From assembly GCA_017881075.1 (NCBI GenBank), contig JADGRH010000003.1, positions 64,682-128,681 on the forward strand: DNA of 64,000 nucleotides, given 5' to 3'. Positions 43,540-51,964 of this stretch are shown piece after piece (within the stretch, counting starts at the first letter, position 1; every line of letters begins with the position of its first letter). Under the pieces are notes generated by a model. It ran no database searches and was not told where the DNA came from. It worked only from the letters and a program-made list of their open reading frames with translations. The DNA is from Minisyncoccota bacterium. GTDB lineage: Bacteria; Patescibacteriota; Minisyncoccia; Phycocordibacterales; CAJBRS01. A program made the translations under genes and the position numbers.

Positions 43540-44793
43540 TTATTTTAAGGCTAGATTTCCATTAGCTCCGAAATCGGATTTCGGGTTTTTGTCACTTAAA
43601 TAATTGAAATAACCAGCCATGGCGATCATAATGGCGTTGTCGGTGGAGAGGTGGGAGTCGGGAATTAGGAGTTGGGTGTCAGGAGAAGCAGCGATTAAAT
43701 CTTGAAAGGAGCGGCGGAGGTGGGTATTGGCGATTACACCTCCGCCGACTATTAGAGTTTTAATATCAAATTCTTCAATGGCTCGTTTGGTTTTGGTAAT
43801 CAATACTTCAGTGACCGAATCTTCAAATTCTCTGGCCATTTTTGCTTTCCATTCTGGATCTGATTTTTCTTTGTCGGTCATTTTTTTAATTGTGTAAAGG
43901 ACGGCAGTTTTCAATCCGGAAAAAGAGAAATCGTAATCGTTTGATTTGATCATTGGTCTGGGCAAAACAAAGTTGCAGAGGTTTGACCTCTGCAAGTGAT
44001 CTGCAGAGGTCAGACCTCTGCAACGCTCTAAATCGGCCAATTTTGAGATTTCAGGCCCGCCAGGGTAGGGAAGATCCAGCATTCTAGCCACCTTATCAAA
44101 AGCTTCTCCAACCGCGTCATCACGAGTTTGACCAATGATTTTGTATTTTTTCCATGCTTCAATTAAGACTAGCTCAGTATGGCCACCGCTAATGAGAAGT
44201 GCTAAAGCTGGAAAAGAAAAGCTGACAGTTGGTAACTGATAGCTTTCAGCTTTAGATTTTTTTGGTAATAAAGCTGACATAATGTGTCCTTCCATGTGAT
44301 TAGTAGGAATGACAGGCAGATCCCAAACGAATCCCAACGCCTTGGCAAAATTAATACCGACCCAAAGTGCTGGCTCAAGACCGGGGCCGGTGGTGACGGC
44401 AATGGCTTCAATATCCGGCTTAGGAATTGTCGGAATAAATTTAAGAAATTGTTCGAGTAATTCAGGCTCGCGTTCTAGGATCTTTTTCAAACCCCCTCCA
44501 ACTCCCCCTTGTCTAAGGGGGAGAGGAAGCCCCCCCTCCTCAAACGAGGAGGGGGTAGGGGGTGGTGTTGAACCCAATTTATCTAATAACTCTTTTAACA
44601 ACGGAATCAGATTTCTAGAATGCTCTCTCTTCGCCATCATCGGATACACTCCGCCATATTTTTCATGAATTTTAGTCTGGGAATTAAGCGCTTCAGCAAT
44701 CACTTTAAATTGAGGTCGCTCAAAACCGCCATTGGATTCCACGATAGCGAGCGCTGTTTCATCACAGCTAGTTTCAATACCTAGGATTTTCAT
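43540..44793 (-). CDS. tsaD: tRNA N6-adenosine threonylcarbamoyltransferase TsaD, with two insertions
   Basis: MKILGIETSCDETALAIV, NHMEGHI, GGVIAN. 417 aa vs a typical ~340. Confidence 0.9.
   Translation of the reverse strand: MKILGIETSCDETALAIVESNGGFERPQFKVIAEALNSQTKIHEKYGGVYPMMAKREHSRNLIPLLKELLDKLGSTPPPTPSSFEEGGLPLPLRQGGVGGGLKKILEREPELLEQFLKFIPTIPKPDIEAIAVTTGPGLEPALWVGINFAKALGFVWDLPVIPTNHMEGHIMSALLPKKSKAESYQLPTVSFSFPALALLISGGHTELVLIEAWKKYKIIGQTRDDAVGEAFDKVARMLDLPYPGGPEISKLADLERCRGLTSADHLQRSNLCNFVLPRPMIKSNDYDFSFSGLKTAVLYTIKKMTDKEKSDPEWKAKMAREFEDSVTEVLITKTKRAIEEFDIKTLIVGGGVIANTHLRRSFQDLIAASPDTQLLIPDSHLSTDNAIMIAMAGYFNYLSDKNPKSDFGANGNLALK
43973..44022. repeat. two tandem palindromes inside the tsaD CDS
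   Basis: ttgcagaggtttgacctctgcaa (43973-43995) and tgcagaggtcagacctctgca (44002-44022); they encode part of ...CRGLTSADHLQRSNLCN. Confidence 0.8.
44502..44554. repeat. two GC-rich perfect hairpins inside the tsaD CDS
   Basis: ctccccctt-gtct-aagggggag (44502-44523) and ccccctcctc-aaac-gaggaggggg (44531-44554); they encode PSSFEEGGLPLPLRQGG. Confidence 0.8.
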
Positions 44794-44816
44794 TTGCTTG
44801 CCATGAGTTTATCGAA

Positions 44817-44892
44817 TGGTGGGCGATAGAGGACTCGAACCTCTGGCATCAACAACGTCAATGTTGCGCTCTACCAGCTGAGCTAATCGCCC
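44817..44892 (-). tRNA. tRNA-Val (anticodon GAC), CCA encoded
   Basis: Reverse complement GGGCGATTAGCTCAGCTGGTAGAGCGCAACATTGACGTTGTTG...GGTTCGAGTCC...ATCGCCCACCA. Confidence 0.9.
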
Positions 44893-44931
44893 GTTCGTTT
44901 AATCTATCATTTTAACAATTTGTAAACAATG

Positions 44932-45018
44932 CGGAGGAGAGAGGATTTGAACCTCTGATGCGGTTTCCCACATGCCGGTTTTCGAAACCGGTGCCTTCAA
45001 CCACTCAGCCACTCCTCC
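44932..45018 (-). tRNA. tRNA-Ser (anticodon CGA), type II
   Basis: Reverse complement GGAGGAGTGGCTGAGTGGTTGAAGGCA-CCGGT-TTCGAAA-ACCGG, long variable arm, GGTTCAAATCC T-loop. Confidence 0.9.
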
Positions 45019-45046
45019 GTGAGAATTTATGGTAGCATATTTTGGA

Positions 45047-45118
45047 GGCCCTATCGTCTAACGGTTAGGACATCGCCTTTTCAAGGCGGTAATCCGGGTT
45101 CGATTCCCGGTAGGGTCA
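45047..45118 (+). tRNA. tRNA-Glu (anticodon TTC)
   Basis: GGCCCTATCGTCTAACGGTTAGGAC, anticodon loop TTTTCAA, T-arm CCGGG-TTCGATT-CCCGG, TAGGGTCA. Confidence 0.9.
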
Positions 45119-45239
45119 CAGATTTTGTAACTATATTTTGCAACGTATTTTGACTTACCCGATAGGATGTTCAGAACTTTTGTTGTGTTCTATTGATCAT
45201 CCTTTCGTGAGCCGAGTAAAATTTGATATAATTGAAACA

Positions 45240-45515
45240 ATGAATAACATTACCAAAAGTTTTTTACTTTTTATTTTCTCCTATATTCCCATATTAATTC
45301 CTTATTACTTATCTCTGAACATTCAGGGTGATTATTTTTCTTATATAACTTATGGATTATGGCTTTTATTGTCTGGAATATCTGCCTATTTCGCTTATAA
45401 AACATTTAAAAAAGATGAGCATCGTGTTGGAGGAGTTCTTCTTTTTATGGTTGACTTACTCCCTTTTATCTTGACCTTATATCTTTGGTATTTAAACGAA
45501 AATCTTTATGGTTGA
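45240..45515 (+). CDS. small membrane protein
   Basis: Internal ATG (MNNITKSFLLFIFSYIPILIPYYL...); 3 TM helices. Confidence 0.4.
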   Translation: MNNITKSFLLFIFSYIPILIPYYLSLNIQGDYFSYITYGLWLLLSGISAYFAYKTFKKDEHRVGGVLLFMVDLLPFILTLYLWYLNENLYG

Positions 45516-45525
45516 TAAGTTTTAA

Positions 45526-45667
45526 CATCCTCTACTAGACTGATCAAGCGTGAACTTGTGAACGTCGTGAACCTTATCTAACCACCAACTCCAACTCTTG
45601 AATACTACTTTTTATACAATACTTATAACTCACCAGTTCTGAAAGCCACCCTATAGGGTCATATCAT
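45526..45667 (+). repeat. direct repeat DR1 (~142 bp) flanking the PAS-sigma-PAS cassette
   Basis: Aligns end to end with 47845-47987. Shared blocks: catcctctact, cttgtgaacNNcgtgaac, ttcNgaaagccaccctatRgggtcat. Roughly 70% identity by eye. Confidence 0.7.
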
Positions 45668-45831
45668 TAATGAGGAGAGGCGTCTGATACAACGCCAACA
45701 TAGTGTTGACGAGCGTGCGGAGACATTACATTCATTCCATATAAAAAAGCATTGATCAATATTAGTAAAACAATAGTGGTTATAGCCCCTTTTAATGCTT
45801 TAGATGAAAATATGGAATGTGCTTCGGGCAT
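45667..45831 (-). CDS. possible 54-aa single-TM protein downstream of the PAS gene
   Basis: ATG 5 nt after the stop of 45836..46432 (MPEAHSIFSSKALKGAITTIVLLILINAFLYG...); below the track cutoff. Confidence 0.3.
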   Translation of the reverse strand: MPEAHSIFSSKALKGAITTIVLLILINAFLYGMNVMSPHARQHYVGVVSDASPH

Positions 45832-45835
45832 AGAA

Positions 45836-46432
45836 TTATACGTATTGTGGGTTCTTTTTGAGCTTGTTAATTTCTTTCACTAATTCTCCGATATGGATCT
45901 CCAAGTTCTGTGTTCGCTCCGCCAGTTTTATTTCCAGTTGATTTGAATGTTTGGCCATTGTTTCGGCGATCTTCATCATTTCAGTTACATCTTCTATGGC
46001 CAAAAGAATAATTGGTGGAAATATTTTTGAGGCACTTTCTTCTTGAAAATGTATTTGCCGAGCATTTAAGATCATTACCTTACGGCCGATGGAAGGAAAT
46101 TCATGGGCCACTTCAAAACCTTTGAGGAAAGTATTTTTAGGTAGAATGTCTTCCAATAGATCACGCAGTGATGGGATATTCCATTGACCATTACCGAGTT
46201 CATAAACATGCGTATGAGTAGTATCTTTTTCTTCCACTTGAAACATCTTGTAGAAGGACTCGTTGGCCGCCATGACACAGAGATCTTTATTAAGGATTAA
46301 GACTGGTTCCCGTACTACATCCACTACCGTTTTAATGTATGTCCATCCTTCTGCCGATAAGCGCTCGAAAAAACTAGCCCCAAATGGCTTAGAAGACTCG
46401 GCTATCTCATTTTTAGGTGCTTTCATATTCAT
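45836..46432 (-). CDS. PAS (PAS_10-like) domain protein with C-terminal coiled coil
   Basis: REPVLILNKDLCVMAANESFYKMFQV...YELGNGQWNIPSLRDLLEDILP...ILNARQI matches the PAS domain seen in CheB/CheR-fusion sensor proteins. Confidence 0.65.
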   Translation of the reverse strand: MNMKAPKNEIAESSKPFGASFFERLSAEGWTYIKTVVDVVREPVLILNKDLCVMAANESFYKMFQVEEKDTTHTHVYELGNGQWNIPSLRDLLEDILPKNTFLKGFEVAHEFPSIGRKVMILNARQIHFQEESASKIFPPIILLAIEDVTEMMKIAETMAKHSNQLEIKLAERTQNLEIHIGELVKEINKLKKNPQYV

Positions 46433-46570
46433 ATAGCCGAGAGCGTGCCTAAAGCATTACAGCTTGCTATAAGTAGCATAATGTGATAGGCTTAAAGTCT
46501 AGTTACAGTCTCCTTGGTGGCAACACTGAAATACTCTTGTAATAGAAGCTCGCCGCGTGCGGCATATCTT

Positions 46571-47104
46571 ATGATTAGTCCAAAACAACTGACAAAGATG
46601 CAGGGGGTATTAACGAGCGCCCACCTCGACTTTGAAAGGGCGCTTAATAAACATGCCTTTTTCAAGGTAAATGACCATAATATCGGTGAAGATTTGGTAC
46701 AAGACACTTTCCTAAAAACATGGGCCTACCTTGTAAAAGGTGGGGAGATTGTTTTGATGAGAGCTTTTTTATATCACATCCTCAACAATCTCATTATTGA
46801 TCAATATCGAAAACCAAAAACAACCTCTCTTGACGTTTTGCTTGAAAAAAACTTTGAGCCGAGCACCGATATTACCGATAGCCTTTTTAATATCATTGAT
46901 GGCAAAGCAGCCGCTTTACTCATTGAACGTCTGCCTGAAAAATACCAAAAGGTCATGAAGATGCGACACATAGAGCTTCTGTCACTTAAAGAAATATCCG
47001 CCATCACCGGACAATCCCAAAATACCATTGCCGTTCAAACCCATCGCGGATTAATGAAACTGAAGGTGTTGTATGATAATCCTCTACCGGGTGGAGCAGA
47101 TTAG
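46571..47104 (+). CDS. RNA polymerase sigma-70 family factor (ECF-like)
   Basis: Region 2 EDLVQDTFLKTWAY...YHILNNLIIDQYRK. Region 4 LPEKYQKVMKMRHIELLSLKEISAITGQSQNTIAVQTHRGLMKLK. Start uncertain (46514/46571/46598). Confidence 0.8.
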   Translation: MISPKQLTKMQGVLTSAHLDFERALNKHAFFKVNDHNIGEDLVQDTFLKTWAYLVKGGEIVLMRAFLYHILNNLIIDQYRKPKTTSLDVLLEKNFEPSTDITDSLFNIIDGKAAALLIERLPEKYQKVMKMRHIELLSLKEISAITGQSQNTIAVQTHRGLMKLKVLYDNPLPGGAD

Positions 47105-47209
47105 ATTTTATTAATTGGAGGCATGGTAAGATACTGGAACCCCTATTAGAAAACCCTGATACTGAAACTTGTCTTGTAATAGGCTAGCCTATCCAATGGC
47201 TTCATTGTT

Positions 47210-47791
47210 ATGAAAAAATACAAAAAGGACCTTGGCCGAGAATTTAATCAAGCGGAGATAGATTTTATCGAGCGTATAGATAAAGAAAGTAGGTTATATA
47301 TTAAGACCTTGGTGGATATTGTCCGGGAGCCAATTTTAATACTTGATGAAGATCTTCGGGTGAAGATGGCCAACGAGTCCTTCTACAAGATGTTTCAAGT
47401 GGAAGAAAAAGATACTACTCATATGCATGTTTATGAACTCGGTAATGGTCAGTGGAATATTCCTGCTCTCCGAAAACTTCTTGAAGAGATTCTGCCTAAA
47501 AATACCTTCTTCAAAGGTTTTAATGTTACTCATGAGTTTCCTATAATCGGCCAGAAATCAATGGTCTTAAATGCCCGCAAGATTTATTTCGCGGATAACA
47601 CTACTCCACAAATATTTCCGTCTATTATCTTTCTTGCTATAGAAGACAACACCGCAATGATGGCTGTTGCTGAAACTCTGGCTATTCACGTAAAAGAACT
47701 TGCATCTAAAAATGCAGAACGAACCTGGAAACTAGAAATGTATATCTCTAAATTAGAAAAAGAAATTAATGAAATCAAGGAGAATATTTAG
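47210..47791 (+). CDS. PAS (PAS_10-like) domain protein with C-terminal coiled coil, paralog of 45836..46432
   Basis: About 75% identical to the paralog over the PAS core (ESFYKMFQVEEKDTTHMHVYELGNGQWNIPALRKLLEEILPKNTFFKGF...). Confidence 0.65.
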   Translation: MKKYKKDLGREFNQAEIDFIERIDKESRLYIKTLVDIVREPILILDEDLRVKMANESFYKMFQVEEKDTTHMHVYELGNGQWNIPALRKLLEEILPKNTFFKGFNVTHEFPIIGQKSMVLNARKIYFADNTTPQIFPSIIFLAIEDNTAMMAVAETLAIHVKELASKNAERTWKLEMYISKLEKEINEIKENI

Positions 47792-47844
47792 ATCCCGACA
47801 CTAGACAAACATTCTGTAGAAATCATTGGATGGTCTGGTTCTAG

Positions 47845-47987
47845 CATCCTCTACTGGGCGGGGCAAAGGTATACTTGTGAACACCGTGAACGTTATTTCA
47901 TTACTAAACTCAATTCTTGTATGCTAGATTTGATATAATCACTCTGACCTTCAAGTTCGGAAAGCCACCCTATGGGGGTCATGCCAT
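47845..47987 (+). repeat. direct repeat DR2 (~143 bp); also promoter/5' UTR of the 47988 gene
   Basis: Homologous to 45526-45667. Contains an extended -10 tgatataat (47931-47939) and ends at the ATG of 47988. Confidence 0.7.
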
Positions 47988-48608
47988 ATGAACGCTCACA
48001 TGCAGTCCAAATCAGTTATAGCAATTGATGTCGATGATGTTATTGCTGCAAACGCAAAGGCTTTTATAGAATATAGCAATCAGAAATTTGACACTAATTT
48101 AACGATTGATGATTACCAAGAACATTGGGGTGAAGTTTGGAAGGTAGAGTATAACGAGGGAGAAGAGCGTGCGGTTGAATATATTGATTCTGGTCACATA
48201 GCAACATATGGGATGATTGAAGGTGCTAGAGAGGCTCTTCTGCAACTAAAAAAACATTTTGAACTCATAGTATTAACTACAAGGCGAAATTCTGTAAAAC
48301 AGCTGACGAAAGACTGGCTTGAAAAATATTATCCCGACGTTTTTGACGACTTCATTTTTACCGGATTTTTCGATTCTCCAACTAAAGATAGTATTAATAT
48401 GACTAAAGCAGAATTGGCCAAAAGTATTAGGGCGGATTATCTTATCGATGATCAACTAAAACACATTATGGCTGCATCAGAGATCGGCATAAAAGGTCTT
48501 CTCTTTGGTAATTATTCATGGAATAAGACTGATAATCTTCCGAAAAATGTTACTCGAGTTACGGATTGGCAACAGATACTTATTTATTTTGAGAATCATA
48601 TAAGCTGA
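47988..48608 (+). CDS. HAD-superfamily 5'(3')-deoxyribonucleotidase-like hydrolase
   Basis: IAIDVDDVIA (DxDxV motif I), LTTR (motif II), ...DYLIDDQ (motif IV). Confidence 0.65.
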   Translation: MNAHMQSKSVIAIDVDDVIAANAKAFIEYSNQKFDTNLTIDDYQEHWGEVWKVEYNEGEERAVEYIDSGHIATYGMIEGAREALLQLKKHFELIVLTTRRNSVKQLTKDWLEKYYPDVFDDFIFTGFFDSPTKDSINMTKAELAKSIRADYLIDDQLKHIMAASEIGIKGLLFGNYSWNKTDNLPKNVTRVTDWQQILIYFENHIS

Positions 48609-48693
48609 TTCCAATTCTCTCCCACTCGGGTCACGTCATTCGTTACTTTTTGTCTATTCACGAAGCGGTTGTTCCCTGTTAAAATAGGAGATT

Positions 48694-49476
48694 ATGAAAT
48701 ATTTTTCAATCCTCGAACAGTCAAGCAAAGAAGCTATTCGAGAATTTGCAGAAAAGAGAAATCTTACTGATTATATTAAAGGAAATTATCAGCACTCCCA
48801 AGAAGACTACTTAATCGCTTCGAATACTCCTCCAATTTTTGTCGTTTCAGACGGCGTTACTTTGAATTTTATGAAATTAGTCGAAAGTAATACTAAATAC
48901 CCGAATCCTTCGCCTGCCGGTGCAGTTGCGAAGATATTTTGTGAAGCGGTGATAAAAAGCGTTAAAGAAAAATATGAGAAATTTAATGAGAAAGATCTTG
49001 CGGCTGTTTTCAAAGAAGCCAATAATGAAGTCGCTGAATATAATAGAAGGGTCGGAAAGAGTGATATTTCAGGAAATAAAACAGGATTTTATTCGGCGAC
49101 AGGCTCATTTGTAATCATTCGTGATAATAAAGCATATTGGGTATCTATCTGTGATTCCTTCGTTGCCCTTTTTGATAATGAAATGAATCTAAAATTTATG
49201 TCTACCGGAGTATGTAGTCCTTATGCCGTCATCAATGGCGAGAAATATATGGTTGATTATTTAGAAAAAGGGATTTTTAATCTAGAAAGAGGAGATCGTA
49301 TTTTTGTCTTTACCGACGGCTTCGAACAATACGTTAGAAATCCTGATTTTCAGAAACTCTTTTTAGAATGGAATGGAAACATAAAGGAACGCATTGCGAT
49401 ATTTTCTGAAAAAATGAACCTCGAAGACCCTACAAAATATGGGCAAGAGCGTTCTATCATAGCAATATCTAGTTAA
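48694..49476 (+). CDS. hypothetical protein, weak PP2C/SpoIIE-like phosphatase motifs
   Basis: FVVSDGVT and IFVFTDGFEQ resemble PP2C metal-binding motifs; otherwise unrecognised. Confidence 0.4.
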   Translation: MKYFSILEQSSKEAIREFAEKRNLTDYIKGNYQHSQEDYLIASNTPPIFVVSDGVTLNFMKLVESNTKYPNPSPAGAVAKIFCEAVIKSVKEKYEKFNEKDLAAVFKEANNEVAEYNRRVGKSDISGNKTGFYSATGSFVIIRDNKAYWVSICDSFVALFDNEMNLKFMSTGVCSPYAVINGEKYMVDYLEKGIFNLERGDRIFVFTDGFEQYVRNPDFQKLFLEWNGNIKERIAIFSEKMNLEDPTKYGQERSIIAISS

Positions 49477-49575
49477 ATATTTTGAAGTGAAAAATGGCTC
49501 CTGACCCCATTTTTCTACTCAGTGATGTGGTAGAATCTGAAGACGGAATTTTTATTCGTTAATTAATATAAAATC

Positions 49576-49845
49576 ATGGTTGACCCAACAAAAATAGACA
49601 TGAATCAGTTGCCGAAGAAATTTTGTGACGGTGCCATTGGGGCGTTCGGTAAGGAACTTTTTTCTTTTGCTCTTACTTCTGGCAATAACCTAGATTCTTT
49701 TGCCACCACACCCCAGACAATGAAAAGTATTGCTGTCTGGATGGGAGCTCAAATAGAGAATTACGAAAAACAATTCGGAGTTATTGATATGACCCCGCCA
49801 CAAATCCAGAGCCCAATCCAGGCAGCTGATTTGGATAATAAATAG
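49576..49845 (+). CDS. DUF3467-like small protein
   Basis: 89 aa; ...ELFSFALTSG...TPQTMKSIAVWMGAQIENYEKQFGVI pattern recalled from DUF3467. Confidence 0.45.
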   Translation: MVDPTKIDMNQLPKKFCDGAIGAFGKELFSFALTSGNNLDSFATTPQTMKSIAVWMGAQIENYEKQFGVIDMTPPQIQSPIQAADLDNK

Positions 49846-49847
49846 CC

Positions 49848-50771
49848 CTATTTTGTATGTAGATGGACATAAATGTCCTCGAGAGCCTTGACGGCGTCGC
49901 CGGCGGCGATGTTGTTTTGGTGATAGAGACCATCGGTGCAGTCACCGGCGGCCCAGATGCCAGGCGAGCTAGTCTGCTGGGTGCGAGGGTCCACAATGAT
50001 TTGGCCGTAAGTATTTTGAGCTACCAGACCCTTGGTAAAATCAGTTGAGGGAATAAGGCCAATTTCTACGAAAACGCCGGTGACCGAAAGCTCGGTATTT
50101 TCTTTCGTCTCTCTATTTTGATAGACAATTGATTTAACAAATTTTTCACCTTTTACTTCCACCAGATCGGCATTTAAAACGGCATGCATTTTTGGATTGG
50201 AGAGTACTTTTTTAACAGTGACGGGATCAGCTCGAAACTCCTCGCTTCGATTGAGAAGGGTGACGCTTTTGCAATAAGCTAAAAGTTGAGCGGCTGTCTC
50301 AAATGCGGCATTGCCGCCGCCTATCACCACCACGTCCTGATCGGAAAAGAGTGGGCCGTCGCAGGAGGCGCAATAAGTAATGCCTTTATTCTCAAACTCC
50401 ACAGCGCCGGGAACAATCAATTTTCGGCGAGTACTGCCGGCAGTAAGAAGAACGGTCTTGCCTTCAAAATCACCCTCGGAAGTTTTAACCATGAAACCGT
50501 CAGAAGTTTTTTTAATAGAATTAACATATCCACCTTCTTTAATATCCACTGTGTCGCCGGCGTAAGCTTTTAGGTGCTGGCGAAAATTATCAGCCAGCGC
50601 CAATCCTTTAATTGAAATGGTCCCTATCCAATTTTGGATGTCTTCAGAAACATTACTCTGTCCGCCGATCTCTTTAGCCACTAGAACAGTCTTCAGGCGC
50701 TTGCGCGCCGCATATACTCCGGCGGCGACCCCTCCGGGGCCGCCGCCAATAATTATTAAATCGTAAATCAC
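49848..50771 (-). CDS. trxB: thioredoxin-disulfide reductase
   Basis: IIIGGGPGG, redox CASCDG, second GGGNAA NADPH site, AAGDCTD. Confidence 0.9.
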   Translation of the reverse strand: MIYDLIIIGGGPGGVAAGVYAARKRLKTVLVAKEIGGQSNVSEDIQNWIGTISIKGLALADNFRQHLKAYAGDTVDIKEGGYVNSIKKTSDGFMVKTSEGDFEGKTVLLTAGSTRRKLIVPGAVEFENKGITYCASCDGPLFSDQDVVVIGGGNAAFETAAQLLAYCKSVTLLNRSEEFRADPVTVKKVLSNPKMHAVLNADLVEVKGEKFVKSIVYQNRETKENTELSVTGVFVEIGLIPSTDFTKGLVAQNTYGQIIVDPRTQQTSSPGIWAAGDCTDGLYHQNNIAAGDAVKALEDIYVHLHTK

Positions 50772-50774
50772 AAT

Positions 50775-51914
50775 TTATTTTAACTTTGATCTTCGAAGAA
50801 AGGCCGGAACGGCACCCCAGTCGTTGTCATCATCGCCGACGGTCTCCAGTTTTTTTTCTTCCACTGCCGTTTTGGTTGGTTCTTTAGGAACAGAATTGTA
50901 TATTTTGCCTTTTTCGGCTTTTAGATCAAACTCGCTTTGAGGGCTGTTGCGCCGGGCACTTTCAGGGAAGCCAGAAGCAATAACTGTTACTCGCACTTCG
51001 CCTTTCTTAAGCCGATCGTCTTTAATAGTACCGAAGATAACCTTTGCTCCTGCATCAATTGATTCAGTAATGACCTTGGCGGCATCCTGGATTTCATGAA
51101 GAGTGAGGTCATCACCGCCGGCCACGGAAAAGAGAACCCCTTTGGCGCCATGTATGGAAGTATCAAGAAGGGGAGAGTTAATAGCCATTTTGGCAGCCTC
51201 TACAGCACGACTTTCACCACTCGCCGTGCCGATGCCCATAAGGGCCGATCCGGCATTGGCCATTACAGATCTAATATCGGCGAAGTCTATATTAATAAAC
51301 CCCGGAGTAGTAATTAGATCGGAAATGCCTTCCACAGCCTGTCTTAGAACCTCATCGCACATAGCGAAGGCGTTTTTAGCCGTAGTTTCCTTAGTAACGG
51401 TACTAAGCAGACGATCATTCGGGATAACAATCAGAGCGTCCACTTCCTTTGATAGCTCATCCAATCCTGCTTCAGCGATTTTCATCCTCTGCATACCCTC
51501 AAAGAAAAAAGGTTTAGTGACTACTCCGACAGTTAAAGCCCCTAGCTCTTTGGCTACCCGAGCCAAGATTGGTGAAGCGCCGGTGCCGGTGCCTCCACCT
51601 AATCCGCAAGTGATAAAAACCATATCCGCTCCCTTAATCGCTTCCTGAATTTCTTCCTTGTTTTCTTCAATGGCACGCTTTCCAAGATCAGGACTCATGC
51701 CAGTGCCCAAACCTTTGGTCAGGTTTTTGCCGATGTGAATTTTTTTCTTCGCTAATGCATGATGAAGATCTTGAGCATCAGTATTGACGGCAATAAAATC
51801 AACACCTTTCACTTTACTACTAACCATATGATCTAGAGCGTTATTACCGGAGCCTCCGACGCCGATCACTTTTATTCTGGCAAATGTTTCAACTTCTGGT
51901 TTTATTTGTGGCAT
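50775..51914 (-). CDS. ftsZ: cell division protein FtsZ
   Basis: IKVIGVGGSGNNA, GLGGGTGTGASP tubulin signature. ATG at 51914 (MPQIKPEVE...). Confidence 0.95.
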   Translation of the reverse strand: MPQIKPEVETFARIKVIGVGGSGNNALDHMVSSKVKGVDFIAVNTDAQDLHHALAKKKIHIGKNLTKGLGTGMSPDLGKRAIEENKEEIQEAIKGADMVFITCGLGGGTGTGASPILARVAKELGALTVGVVTKPFFFEGMQRMKIAEAGLDELSKEVDALIVIPNDRLLSTVTKETTAKNAFAMCDEVLRQAVEGISDLITTPGFINIDFADIRSVMANAGSALMGIGTASGESRAVEAAKMAINSPLLDTSIHGAKGVLFSVAGGDDLTLHEIQDAAKVITESIDAGAKVIFGTIKDDRLKKGEVRVTVIASGFPESARRNSPQSEFDLKAEKGKIYNSVPKEPTKTAVEEKKLETVGDDDNDWGAVPAFLRRSKLK

Positions 51915-51964
51915 ATAGAGTAGAATACAAAAGAAATAGAAAAAAGACAAATGGCCAAAAAGGA

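Noticed and set aside
46492-46707. 71-aa minus-strand ORF and the 46514 start of the sigma-factor ORF
   Set aside because: The minus ORF overlaps the sigma gene's 5' end with no support. The first ~19 codons of the track ORF precede the recognisable sigma region, so a later ATG (46571) was preferred.
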